From Methanobacteriota archaeon (GTDB taxonomy: Archaea; Halobacteriota; Bog-38; Methanoflorentales; Methanoflorentaceae), in NCBI GenBank assembly GCA_963719035.1, contig CAVRAO010000002.1, forward strand, positions 96,001 through 160,000: 64,000 nt of DNA. The letters are read 5' to 3'. Under the pieces are notes generated by a model. That model was not told the origin of the DNA. It was given only the letters and a program-made list of their open reading frames with translations, and did not search any database. The position numbers and the translations under genes were made by a program. Shown here piece after piece: positions 22,002 through 30,771 of the stretch (the first letter of the stretch is position 1; each line of letters begins with the position of its first letter).

Positions 22002-22670
22002 CTAAAAAAACCCTAGGGAGTCTTCTATCCGCCCGAGCTCGATTCCTGTGCTCTCCCTACCGACAACGTAGCCTTTCGTGTTAGCAAGAAGCGCAGAACC
22101 TACGAGTGGGGACCCGTAGTTCACTGTGCCGATGTTGACGGGTACACCAAATGTTTCGTCTAGTTTAGAAAGCTCAGCCTCTGTCGCCTTTGGGTGCGCC
22201 AAAACCCCTTTGTTGGTGGCGCACGCGGCCATCCCAATTGTTTTTAAGCCGGCTACCGTACCACGTTGCACGTCTACACACAATGTCTCGGAAATGACTC
22301 GCTCAGCTCGAGCGATCAAGCCGGGGTGTATCAGTGCTACGGTGTCGTTTGCGAGAATGACGTTTCCTGCCGCATTGATCCTCCCCGGAAGTTTTCGCAC
22401 CTTCATACCTTCAGCAAGCTTTTTAAGTTGTGAAAGTTCGTGTCTTAGCGCATTGCCGGAAACGACAAATCCGTTCGAGTTACCAGCTACGAGCGAACCG
22501 ACAATCGAACTTGAGCCGACGAGAATTGGGACAGTGGTCACTTCGAGTTCCTGTGAGAAGTTCAGCAGCGCTTCTTCAGTCGTCGGTGGCGCCGCGAGCA
22601 AGAAATCTTCAGTGCAGGTAGCAAAGACTCCGAGCACGGCACTACCGCCTATCGTAATGCGCTTGACCAA
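22002..22670 (-). CDS. eif6: Translation initiation factor aIF-6
   Basis: GSLVAGNSNG, GNVILAND, GTVNYGSPLVGS. Confidence 0.95.
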   Translation of the reverse strand: MVKRITIGGSAVLGVFATCTEDFLLAAPPTTEEALLNFSQELEVTTVPILVGSSSIVGSLVAGNSNGFVVSGNALRHELSQLKKLAEGMKVRKLPGRINAAGNVILANDTVALIHPGLIARAERVISETLCVDVQRGTVAGLKTIGMAACATNKGVLAHPKATEAELSKLDETFGVPVNIGTVNYGSPLVGSALLANTKGYVVGRESTGIELGRIEDSLGFF

Positions 22671-22712
22671 GTTGTCGCCTCGAGACCTAGGTTTTTTGCT
22701 CGGTACTCTTAT

Positions 22713-22994
22713 TCACGATTCGGTCGCGAGTTCGGCCTCGACGACACCGTCATCGAATTTCATTGCTCTGACAGTAATCTTGTTTGGCGGATGGCTCGAG
22801 CCTCTCTCCCAGACCTTCTCATTTATGGATCGATCAAGTTTGACTTTGTCTTGCTCTGCGCTTAAATGATGGGCGAGATACTTGCGAATTTCTGACATCG
22901 CCTTCTTGCTGCGTCTCCATCGTGGCGTGTGTTTTACCGCTCTTAGTGGTATGGTGTACACACGCTCCTCCTCAATTTTCGTGTCCTTTGCCAT
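22713..22994 (-). CDS. rpl31e: 50S ribosomal protein L31e
   Basis: ERVYTIPLR..INEKVWERG..PP. Confidence 0.96.
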   Translation of the reverse strand: MAKDTKIEEERVYTIPLRAVKHTPRWRRSKKAMSEIRKYLAHHLSAEQDKVKLDRSINEKVWERGSSHPPNKITVRAMKFDDGVVEAELATES

Positions 22995-23000
22995 GTACGA

Positions 23001-23153
23001 TCACACCTTAAGGCGACCTCGTCTCCAGTGCCTTCTCTTCGGATGGGTATTTACAGTGCGGTTTGTTCGCACTATCACCCACGCGGGCACACGCCTGTTT
23101 TGCTTTGTCGCTTTCGCGAGCCGTTTCTTTTTTCCCAGTGTTACTTTGCTCAT
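23001..23153 (-). CDS. rpl39e: 50S ribosomal protein L39e
   Basis: [50 protein letters not shown], translated by hand. Confidence 0.96.
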   Translation of the reverse strand: MSKVTLGKKKRLAKATKQNRRVPAWVIVRTNRTVNTHPKRRHWRRGRLKV

Positions 23154-23248
23154 TGCAGTCCCTCTGTGGATGAAGTCGCCGGGTTGCTCGGCGGTTTAAA
23201 TACCCTTACGATCAGAGTAGCCTATTGCTATTCATCGTTAATAATTGT

Positions 23249-23851
23249 TTACGCGCTTGCCGCTCGGAAATTTGTGATTTTTCGTCCTGTGACCTTCGAT
23301 TGAAGATGCCGTTTTGGAAAAACGCGGTTTACGGTTTCGTAGCCGAACGAACTCCCCATAAGTTGACGTAGTTCGACTTCATAGTCAAACGAGATACACT
23401 CGCCATAGATGACCTCGAGTAACTCTGTGGCTAGCCTGTCAATCGTCCGTCGTCCGTAGCCAAGAAGCGGACGGATATAGTCGACGTGCATACGATCCTC
23501 AAAACTTCGCGCTTCCTGTAAGGTCAATAGCGGCGCCTTGTCGTCGCGGCGCGTGCCATCTGCCACAAAGCGGTAACATTCTGCTGCACGCTCAAGCGCT
23601 GTTTTATGCACCTGATTGAGGCCCCTGTTGGGATATCCATCTTTGATCATTGTAGTTATAGAAGTCATTGCGAGCTCTTTTTCTAAGCTAATCATTACGT
23701 GGCGGAAACCGAGTATCTGCGCCAACGTGGCTGCATCGTTCGGCATGACTCCGAAGGACACTGTAACCAGTTCAATTTGTGCAAAAGGGCTCAGAAGAAG
23801 GGCTGCTAGCGCGCTATCTTTGCCCCCGCTAAATAAAACGCCAGCTTTCAT
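23249..23851 (-). CDS. PP-loop ATPase superfamily protein
   Basis: LFSGGKDS, ADGTRRDD; conserved in the rps19e-rpl39e operon. Confidence 0.85.
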   Translation of the reverse strand: MKAGVLFSGGKDSALAALLLSPFAQIELVTVSFGVMPNDAATLAQILGFRHVMISLEKELAMTSITTMIKDGYPNRGLNQVHKTALERAAECYRFVADGTRRDDKAPLLTLQEARSFEDRMHVDYIRPLLGYGRRTIDRLATELLEVIYGECISFDYEVELRQLMGSSFGYETVNRVFPKRHLQSKVTGRKITNFRAASA

Positions 23852-24177
23852 CTGCGCGTTATGTGTATGTTCTGTTTCTTGGGGGCGAGTTTTTTTAGTA
23901 GTTGCTTAAGCTGTTCGTCGTTTATCTGTCCAGTGAGTCTTCCGCTTTGATATAGCGCGAGAAGTTGTGATTCAACGGAGTCCGCAAAGTCGGGTCGAGT
24001 TAATCTGACGCTATTGAGTCGTTCGCGCGCTTCGGGTGTTAGCACCTGTCGTAGGAGCGCGCTTTTTAGGGCCTGGGCTTGTTCGATCTCCTCGGTGGAT
24101 GGCCCTTGCATTCCACTCTGCTGCGCCTGGAGTTGTTCGAGGCGCCGCTTCCGTATTTGTTCCAGGTCATCGTCCAT
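23848..24177 (-). CDS. PDCD5-like DNA-binding protein
   Basis: LTPEARERLNSVRLTRPDFA. Confidence 0.92.
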   Translation of the reverse strand: MDDDLEQIRKRRLEQLQAQQSGMQGPSTEEIEQAQALKSALLRQVLTPEARERLNSVRLTRPDFADSVESQLLALYQSGRLTGQINDEQLKQLLKKLAPKKQNIHITRR

Positions 24178-24196
24178 AATTCACTCTCTGCGTCAG

Positions 24197-24616
24197 CTAT
24201 GCGCTTTTTGACAGCTCATATGCGCCGTTGTCCAAGAGCGACCTGCCCTCTGGCGAGATCTCCCGGCCTTTCGGTGTCGTTCTCACAAACCCTGCGTTTT
24301 CGAGCTGCTGTATTGCTTTACGAATTATGGAACCGCTGCCCTTAACGAAACGTTCGGGTCTTGACGAGTTGTCAGTCTTACCTCCATAGACGGAGCGCAA
24401 GCGCTGGGTTCCGACGGGACCATCAATGGCGATCCGCCTCAGAAGTGCGGCGCAGCGGACATACCACCAGTCATCGTTTTGCGGCGGGTGCTCCTTATGC
24501 ACTCCTGTCTTTACCCACGCTGCCCATTCAGGAGGCGCAAATCGTTCATCATCCTTCAGCTTCATGGCGGTCAATTCGATAAGCTTGGTTGCGGAAACAT
24601 CGTACAGTGTGGTCAT
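24197..24616 (-). CDS. rps19e: 30S ribosomal protein S19e
   Basis: [35 protein letters not shown]. Confidence 0.97.
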   Translation of the reverse strand: MTTLYDVSATKLIELTAMKLKDDERFAPPEWAAWVKTGVHKEHPPQNDDWWYVRCAALLRRIAIDGPVGTQRLRSVYGGKTDNSSRPERFVKGSGSIIRKAIQQLENAGFVRTTPKGREISPEGRSLLDNGAYELSKSA

Positions 24617-24677
24617 TTAATCTCCCAATTTGGACTTCTTGCTGGAATCAAGCGTGTTTAAGTCTTTTTTACTTATA

Positions 24678-24992
24678 TCATTTTCTCTGATGCGTAACGC
24701 TGTTTTTTGGCGGCTTTTTGATGCGGTATGGCGAACGATACACAGCAGTTGCGCCTTTCAAATCGACCAACTGCGCATCCGATGCCTGACCGAGTTCATA
24801 CGCGACCTTATCACGACTTGATTCGAGCAAAGCGCTCTTGAGAATTCTCACTTTGACCATTTTTCGCAACTTGAGTTGCTCCTGCAGCTCAAGCACGATA
24901 GCCGCGTTCGCGCCATTCTTACCGACCCAGAGCGTCGGGACGAGTTCCGCAGCAAGCGCCTTAAGTTTTTGAGTCTCGGTTCTTCTCGCCAT
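24678..24992 (-). CDS. YhbY/CRM RNA-binding protein
   Basis: PTLWVGKNG..LKLRKMVKVRIL. Confidence 0.88.
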   Translation of the reverse strand: MARRTETQKLKALAAELVPTLWVGKNGANAAIVLELQEQLKLRKMVKVRILKSALLESSRDKVAYELGQASDAQLVDLKGATAVYRSPYRIKKPPKNSVTHQRK

Positions 24993-25010
24993 ATTGTTGT
25001 GAACGTTAAT

Positions 25011-25310
25011 TCAATAGCGTCTTACATCGTCACATCTTAAGCACGTTATGACTGTTCGCTTGTCTTTAATACGCACACGCGCATTCGTGCCGTATACGAA
25101 ATATGCCCCGCAGCTTCTGCAAAAACGCATTTTGTAAGTCTTTCCCAAAGGAACCCTATATTTTGTTGCCAACTTCTGCACTAGCTCAACGTAGCGATCA
25201 CTTCTTTGCGCGTGAGTGGGAAACTCTACGAAGGCCGCGTCAAAGAGTCGGTCTATGCGTTGTAAAACGATGCCTTTAACAAATTCCTTTTTCTTCCGTC
25301 GTTGGGACAT
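25011..25310 (-). CDS. rnp4: RNase P component 4 (Rpp21)
   Basis: RIDRLF..RYVEL..FCRSC..ITCLRC..RRY. Confidence 0.92.
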   Translation of the reverse strand: MSQRRKKKEFVKGIVLQRIDRLFDAAFVEFPTHAQRSDRYVELVQKLATKYRVPLGKTYKMRFCRSCGAYFVYGTNARVRIKDKRTVITCLRCDDVRRY

Positions 25311-25369
25311 TTTCCACGCGCGTTGTGCAAAGCATTAATATACGTTCTGTTAAAGTAGTTTTGCGTCGC

Positions 25370-25453
25370 GCACCGATGGTCTAGTGGCTATGACTTGGGC
25401 CTTCCAACCCGTGAAGAAAGCCCACAACCCGGGTTCGAATCCCGGTCGGTGCA
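25370..25453 (+). tRNA. tRNA-Gly(TCC) with ~12-nt intron
   Basis: TGGGC-CT-TCC-A[ACCCGTGAAGAA]A-GCCCA; GGTTCGAATCC. Confidence 0.9.
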
Positions 25454-25481
25454 TTGCTTCAAGCGTCCTGGGCCACGCGCT

Positions 25482-25751
25482 TCAGAGCATTCTGGTAGCG
25501 GCAACCACTTGAACGCTTTCTACTTTGTCAATTTTCGATAAAGAGGCTTCTACAGCTTCAGTTCCGCCCTCTTTGTCTTCAATGATAACCGTGAGCATCA
25601 ACGCCTTGAGCCCAAACGCAATGAGTTGCACCTCACAGCTGTATATCCGCCCGTATGGCGCGACCTGAGATGTAATTCGATTGCTTAGGCCTTTCAGATC
25701 AACGTCAGGGCTGTTTGGCATTATCTTCAGCTGTACTGCTACTTCCCCCAT
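25482..25751 (-). CDS. ef1b: Elongation factor 1-beta
   Basis: KIMPNSPDVDL..IAFGLKAL. Confidence 0.95.
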   Translation of the reverse strand: MGEVAVQLKIMPNSPDVDLKGLSNRITSQVAPYGRIYSCEVQLIAFGLKALMLTVIIEDKEGGTEAVEASLSKIDKVESVQVVAATRML

Positions 25752-25907
25752 CTAAGGGCCTCCGAAACCACACGCGCATCGATACGGATTGCTCAGCTTC
25801 TTGCATTTCTTACATCGCGTGATGGTCTCTCCGCACGAGGGGCACGGGTAGGATATGCCGCTGTCCTTGGCCATCCGTGCACCGCACGATATACACGTCT
25901 TCTCCAT
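25752..25907 (-). CDS. Small zinc-ribbon protein (DUF1610/HVO_2753-like)
   Basis: CISCG..CPSCG..RCKKCKKLSNPYRC..GFGGP upstream of ef1b. Confidence 0.9.
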   Translation of the reverse strand: MEKTCISCGARMAKDSGISYPCPSCGETITRCKKCKKLSNPYRCACGFGGP

Positions 25908-25996
25908 ATTTTCATCTTCTCCGTCGCATTTCAATTGGTAAGTGAGAATCACCCGAATTTGCTGTTTCTACTCTATAGAGCGATGACCTTTATATA

Positions 25997-26617
25997 CTAT
26001 TTTCGTCCGATAATCTTCGTGCCTATAGTATCACGTCCTTGGATTGCGTCACGGACGCGCTGAAAATGCTGACCGTTCACAATCGTACAATCCAAGTCGT
26101 GCATGTCCAACAGGCGTGGAAGGAATGCATCGACGCACGTTTCCTCCCTGAGTTCGGGCGCTTCGATACGTGACACTACCTGGTTATTTATGACAATTCC
26201 ATCGACGTCTGTTGCTATGACGAGATTAGCATTGAGCTGGTGCGCTACCCAGCCGGCGATAGAGTCGGAGGTAGCCATCCAGGAGTGGGGAACTGGGTCT
26301 TTTTCATAAAGTATCTTGAACGGCAAAAGGATGCTTACTCCTTTTTTTAGCGTGCTAATATCCTCTATCATCGCCAGTTCGGGAGTTGTCAGATAGAAGC
26401 CGTATTGGTTCATCGCGAGAACGGCCATCCAATGGGCGGCGGTCTCATCGAGATGAGCTGTATACCGTCGGACGGTATCTGCAAATGGCCCTCCGCCAGG
26501 TACCACGAGCACGTCTACTTGGGCTTCAATTAGATAGTTAATCAGATCTTTGGAGACTGATATCAGACTGCCTCCAATCTTAAGAACTGTGTGCATCATC
26601 TGGCTCTCTATCATCAT
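25997..26617 (-). CDS. mfnE: Amino-acid-kinase family protein, MfnE-like (methanofuran biosynthesis)
   Basis: KIGGS, VPGGGPFAD, AHWMAV.AMNQ, PHSW..TSDSI. Confidence 0.82.
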   Translation of the reverse strand: MMIESQMMHTVLKIGGSLISVSKDLINYLIEAQVDVLVVPGGGPFADTVRRYTAHLDETAAHWMAVLAMNQYGFYLTTPELAMIEDISTLKKGVSILLPFKILYEKDPVPHSWMATSDSIAGWVAHQLNANLVIATDVDGIVINNQVVSRIEAPELREETCVDAFLPRLLDMHDLDCTIVNGQHFQRVRDAIQGRDTIGTKIIGRK

Positions 26618-27150
26618 ACTTCTATGTCAAGCTTCTAGGAAATATTGCTTTTTTATGAATGGGCAGTTTTGTCCAGCGATTACGACGACCAAAGCGTGTT
26701 CAGAATTTCTTACAAGCGCCCCTTAATACATTTCGCGACTGTCCGGCAATCGGCAAGCCTCTAGGCGTCGGCTTTTGTATGTCTTTAATGCTTCAGCTTA
26801 TTTCTAAGAATCGGATGTATCTGCGGATGCGCCTCTGCGGAAAAAGTTGTTGCTTATGCTTTGTTGCTGGGGGCTTCCGAAAGTAGCTCACTACAATGTG
26901 AGCAAAAACGATACGGCGTGTCACTGACTAGTTAAAGCGCTAGCGTTCGACGACCGCGCGGCCTATGTCGCAAGGTTTGATTGCGTTAGGCGTGGGATAT
27001 ACATCTTCCGTGTTAATCATGGTTACTAGACTCGGACACTAGTGCTGCACTTACCAACCGCCCTATTTGTGAAATTGAGCGTATCATCACGCTGTGTATA
27101 TGTTTAAGGGGCTGTCGATCAACCTTCGTTGCGTCGTGACTAGTTCGATT

Positions 27151-27285
27151 TCACTTGCTGTTTTGAAACATCGCCTGATTGACGGCGTGAGTTAAGCGTT
27201 CTGCGCACACTCGACAGTCAGGATTCGTTACGCTAGGGCACCCGACATGAACCCCATAAAAGCACACGCTGTTTTCTGGGGTCAT
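27151..27285 (-). CDS. Cys/His micro-protein, 44 aa (family copy 1)
   Basis: MTPENSVCFYGVHVGCPSVTNPDCRVCAERLTHAVNQAMFQNSK; clear paralog at 35851..36030. Confidence 0.8.
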   Translation of the reverse strand: MTPENSVCFYGVHVGCPSVTNPDCRVCAERLTHAVNQAMFQNSK

Positions 27286-27290
27286 GGTAA

Positions 27291-27428
27291 TTATGTGACA
27301 TGCTCCTCGTGCTGGTAGCGATTAATATGCAACTGTGCTACCGTAGCATCAATTTGGATCATTGCGAGCAGCGTTTGTTCAATTAAAACAATGTCGCGTT
27401 CGAGTCTTGTTAGTTTCTCGTTTGCCAT
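27291..27428 (-). CDS. Hypothetical helical micro-protein, 45 aa
   Basis: MANEKLTRLERDIVLIEQTLLAMIQIDATVAQLHINRYQHEEHVT; SD GAGGTGA; TATA-like TTAAG upstream. Confidence 0.65.
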   Translation of the reverse strand: MANEKLTRLERDIVLIEQTLLAMIQIDATVAQLHINRYQHEEHVT

Positions 27429-27464
27429 CTCGGTCACCTCCGAATTAGACTGCGCAAAAAAGTC

Positions 27465-27524
27465 ACTTAAGACCGCGTGAGACACTACTTGTGTGCGAAA
27501 GTGTGACAACATTTTCGTGCCACG
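27465..27524. promoter_or_regulatory. Tandem candidate operator sites plus TATA box in a divergent promoter region
   Basis: GTGACA-ACATTTTCG-TGCCAC at 27503-27523; a second site ends TCAC-GCGGTC-TTAAG on the minus strand. Confidence 0.6.
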
Positions 27525-27628
27525 TAGTTAGCGTCCTAGAGCCGTGCAGCCGACAATCTATTGCTACCATAGCGAGTGCGAGATGAGAACTTACTTATAG
27601 GCGATATTTCCAGATGCATCTGAGATAG

Positions 27629-28507
27629 ATGCAAATGAGCCAGAAAGCGCGAGCGTACCTCACCCTTATGCGGCTGCCTTATATGCTCGTGCTCAGCTTT
27701 TTGTGCGTTCTCTTTATCGTTACTTTCCAAAAAGGGTTATACAACCCCGCGCTGATCGGTTTAGCCATTATCACCGTCGCGTTCACAAGTGCAGGAGGCG
27801 CGGCTATAAACGATTATTGCGACCGCGATTCAGACGCGCTTACGCATCCAGAAAGACCCCTCTCTGCAAATCACATATCTCCAGCACGCGCTGTGCAGTT
27901 TTCTGCGCTGACTTTTCTCGTAGCGCTTGGCGTCTCGCTGTTAATTAACCCCGTCGCTTTTGGCATTGTTGGACTAAATGTCGTGCTTTTCATTCTCTAT
28001 GCGCGTGTCATCAAGCGACTTTCCGGGTTCGTGAGCAACTTGGTTATGGGGTACCTGGGAGCAACGATTCCCATTTTTTCAGGAGCTGTTGTTTTTCAGA
28101 CAATCAACGCGGCGTCGCTATCGTTCGTTGGTTTGATTGCCGGAGGCGCGATTGGTTTGAATGTTCTCAAAGACATTTTGACTTTGGAGGGGGATCTTAA
28201 GGTGGGGTACCCTACCCTTGCGGCAAAACGGGGGATACGCGTTGCAGCGATCGTCGGCGCACTTTTTCTCCTTCTTTCTGCAATAACGTCGCCGTTGCCG
28301 TTTTTTGTGGGGGTTGTCAGCGTCGCCTACTTGGCCCCTATCGCCGTTTGGGGGGGCGTCGCTGTCGTTGTGTCGCTGACCCTCCTGAAAACATCAAACA
28401 CCGAAAAGATAGTAGAGCGGCTCGGGATATTCACGACATACTGGCCGCATGTTGTAGGGGTCGCCTGCGTTGCTTACGCCATTTTTTTTGCCGTTTTGGG
28501 GGTTTAA
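27629..28507 (+). CDS. UbiA-family prenyltransferase (DGGGP-synthase-like paralog)
   Basis: GGAAINDYCDRDSD..HPERPL, KDILTLEGD..GYPTL; multiple transmembrane helices. Confidence 0.9.
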   Translation: MQMSQKARAYLTLMRLPYMLVLSFLCVLFIVTFQKGLYNPALIGLAIITVAFTSAGGAAINDYCDRDSDALTHPERPLSANHISPARAVQFSALTFLVALGVSLLINPVAFGIVGLNVVLFILYARVIKRLSGFVSNLVMGYLGATIPIFSGAVVFQTINAASLSFVGLIAGGAIGLNVLKDILTLEGDLKVGYPTLAAKRGIRVAAIVGALFLLLSAITSPLPFFVGVVSVAYLAPIAVWGGVAVVVSLTLLKTSNTEKIVERLGIFTTYWPHVVGVACVAYAIFFAVLGV

Positions 28508-28578
28508 TTATATTAAAAGAGGCATCTAACCACGTAGGACCGGTTGCACAAAACCACACCGTTAAACACGATGATAAT

Positions 28579-29469
28579 TTGGAGCTTTATCTCAAACAGA
28601 TTACGAACATTTTTGATATATCGCGCATCATCGATGCGCCGTTAGACAAGGAGCAAATCATCAACTACTATTTAGCGAACAAACTTTCTTATCGATTAGG
28701 CCTCAACTGGGAAGGATTTTTGCATTGCGGGATTAGCTACGACGGAAAACACAAAAGCGGGGATTTCAGAGAACAAGCACGAATTATTGAGAAATATATC
28801 AAAAACAAGGGCGCCAAACAGGTATTAGAGCTTGCATATGGATTAGGTCCGAATTGTGCATTCCTCGCGAACCGCAACCCCCATGTGTTATTCGACGCAG
28901 TTGATATATCTAACAAGCCTTTACGGCGTTTTAAAAAGATACCAAATTTGAACTTTTATTTTGGCGATTACCACGATTTAAGCCAATTTGAAGATAATTC
29001 GTACGATGTTGTGTTCGTTATTGAGGCGTTTTGTTACTCAATGCAGAAATTAGAGGTCCTGCGCGAGGTCAAGAAAAAATTAAAAGAGAACGGTATTTTC
29101 ATTGTTTTTGATGCATACAAAAGAAATCGTGCGAACTTGCTGAGTCCGTCAGAGAAAACGATGTGGGATTTAGTTGTCAGAGGCAGTGCGCTTAACACGT
29201 TCGAACACGTTGACGACGTCGAGAGCGATATGGAAAAGGAATACTCAATCGTTCTATCGAAGGATCTTACGCAGTGTGTCCTACCCTCTCTAGAGGGACA
29301 AGAAGCCAAAGTGCGCTACTATTTTAATCATCCTGCGGTCGCCAAAGCCATCAACAAAGTCGTCCCGTTTGACGTTGTGAAACATCTTCCAATGGTATTA
29401 TTGATACCGACAAGCGTGCGAAGGCAGATTGGGTGCTATTACTTGCACGTGTTGCAAAAAAATCACTAA
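28579..29469 (+). CDS. Class I SAM methyltransferase, sterol/tocopherol-MT-like (start uncertain)
   Basis: VLELAYGLG motif I, GDYHDL..FEDNSYDVVFVIEAFCY, LKENGIF. Confidence 0.85.
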   Translation: MELYLKQITNIFDISRIIDAPLDKEQIINYYLANKLSYRLGLNWEGFLHCGISYDGKHKSGDFREQARIIEKYIKNKGAKQVLELAYGLGPNCAFLANRNPHVLFDAVDISNKPLRRFKKIPNLNFYFGDYHDLSQFEDNSYDVVFVIEAFCYSMQKLEVLREVKKKLKENGIFIVFDAYKRNRANLLSPSEKTMWDLVVRGSALNTFEHVDDVESDMEKEYSIVLSKDLTQCVLPSLEGQEAKVRYYFNHPAVAKAINKVVPFDVVKHLPMVLLIPTSVRRQIGCYYLHVLQKNH

Positions 29470-29825
29470 GCAGCTAGCCCCGTGTCGGCGCCCATCGAAG
29501 AACGGGCGCGTGTTTTTTTATTCGATCTTGCGCTTTCCAAACGTGTGCGGGTTATATTTACCGTTGTCGCAACTCGCCAGAGCAGAAGTTCAAGATTCGC
29601 TCGTTCCATTGGAATAAGATGTTAAACGAAGCAAAGGTGCACCCCCGCAAGAACTTCCACGCGACTGCAATCGCTGCTGCAAGGAGAGCGTTTGTAGGCC
29701 TCGGCAGAGCAGCAGACGCAAAATAAACGCGACAGAGACTTCAAATTGTTGCGTTAAGCTTGAACAGCTCGAGCGCGTTTATACCTTGCAATCCAAAATA
29801 AGAACTTGCTATATCAATGTGGGGA

Positions 29826-30662
29826 TCAAGCCCGCGGTGGGCCTTGCTTCAGCAATTCTTGGATTCGCTCTTCAGCCGGAACACCTTGCTCCCACAATAT
29901 TTCGAAAGTTGAGATAAGATAATCAGCGAATACAGGATCATCAGTGTAGAGCATGCTGAGCGGTTCATCGAGTTTTATGTGATTAATATCAATATTGATC
30001 GCACTGATGCACGTCTTTTTGTCAAAGACCCCAAAATACGCCCCACGGTAGTTTTCAATGTGACGCACGTCGGCGCCGATATCCAAGTGATAACGAATTA
30101 TGTCGACGATGCGATACGTCACGTCGGCAATACCTCGACACCGTCCTCCGCGCTCGATGAACTCTCTTTCAGCCTCAAGGATGCCAAATACTTGGCTCAT
30201 CTCAACTCCTTCACGATTTGATAGCCATAAGAACTCTTCTTCCGCGGAGACGAAGACGGGTAAGGCTGTGCTAATTACTTCTTTAAGGCTTTTCAGCATC
30301 TTGAACGTTGAAACTTCCTCTGAAGGTCGAAAGCGCTGCTCCTGTGCTAGGTCATGAAGCTCTCGCTTTCGTATCTCCATCTCGCGGAGCTCGCTCTCGT
30401 GTTTCTTCACTGCGGCGTCGAGTGCGGCATCAAGTTCTACCGCGGCGTAAATTGTTGGTGAATCGAGCGATGGGCGTACCATACCCTTTTCAATCAAGCT
30501 TGTAAGAGTGCGGTGCACGTCTTCTCGATATGTTTTCAAGGATTTCGCAAGCGGCGATGGGGTCTTTGGTCCATACTTAAGCAGGTGGAGATAGGCCTGC
30601 GCCTCCTTCTCGCTGAGCCCGAACCCTATGAGGCGCGTAACAAAGTCTGCCTCTTTGTCCAT
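29826..30662 (-). CDS. TrmB-like regulator (wHTH plus C-terminal sensor domain)
   Basis: FGLSEKEA.AYLHLLKYGP..TYREDVHRTL..KGMV, coiled coil, C-terminal domain ending TDDP..YL..FEILW. Confidence 0.9.
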   Translation of the reverse strand: MDKEADFVTRLIGFGLSEKEAQAYLHLLKYGPKTPSPLAKSLKTYREDVHRTLTSLIEKGMVRPSLDSPTIYAAVELDAALDAAVKKHESELREMEIRKRELHDLAQEQRFRPSEEVSTFKMLKSLKEVISTALPVFVSAEEEFLWLSNREGVEMSQVFGILEAEREFIERGGRCRGIADVTYRIVDIIRYHLDIGADVRHIENYRGAYFGVFDKKTCISAINIDINHIKLDEPLSMLYTDDPVFADYLISTFEILWEQGVPAEERIQELLKQGPPRA

Positions 30663-30771
30663 CAGACCAAAAGTGTAAGAGGGGGTAAATAAGCGTTGTG
30701 TGTAGCTTTCTAACTGTTCGTATACTGCACTCGCAACTCTTATATTAAGCCCTTTCACCACCAACTTTCAG

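Noticed and set aside
26965-27042. 25-aa hydrophobic ORF MSQGLIALGVGYTSSVLIMVTRLGH after a TGTCAC half-site, as a peptide signal
   Set aside because: Single copy, spacing to the TATA-like word is 7 rather than 6 nt, and an equally short ORF lies on the opposite strand; not distinguishable from chance.
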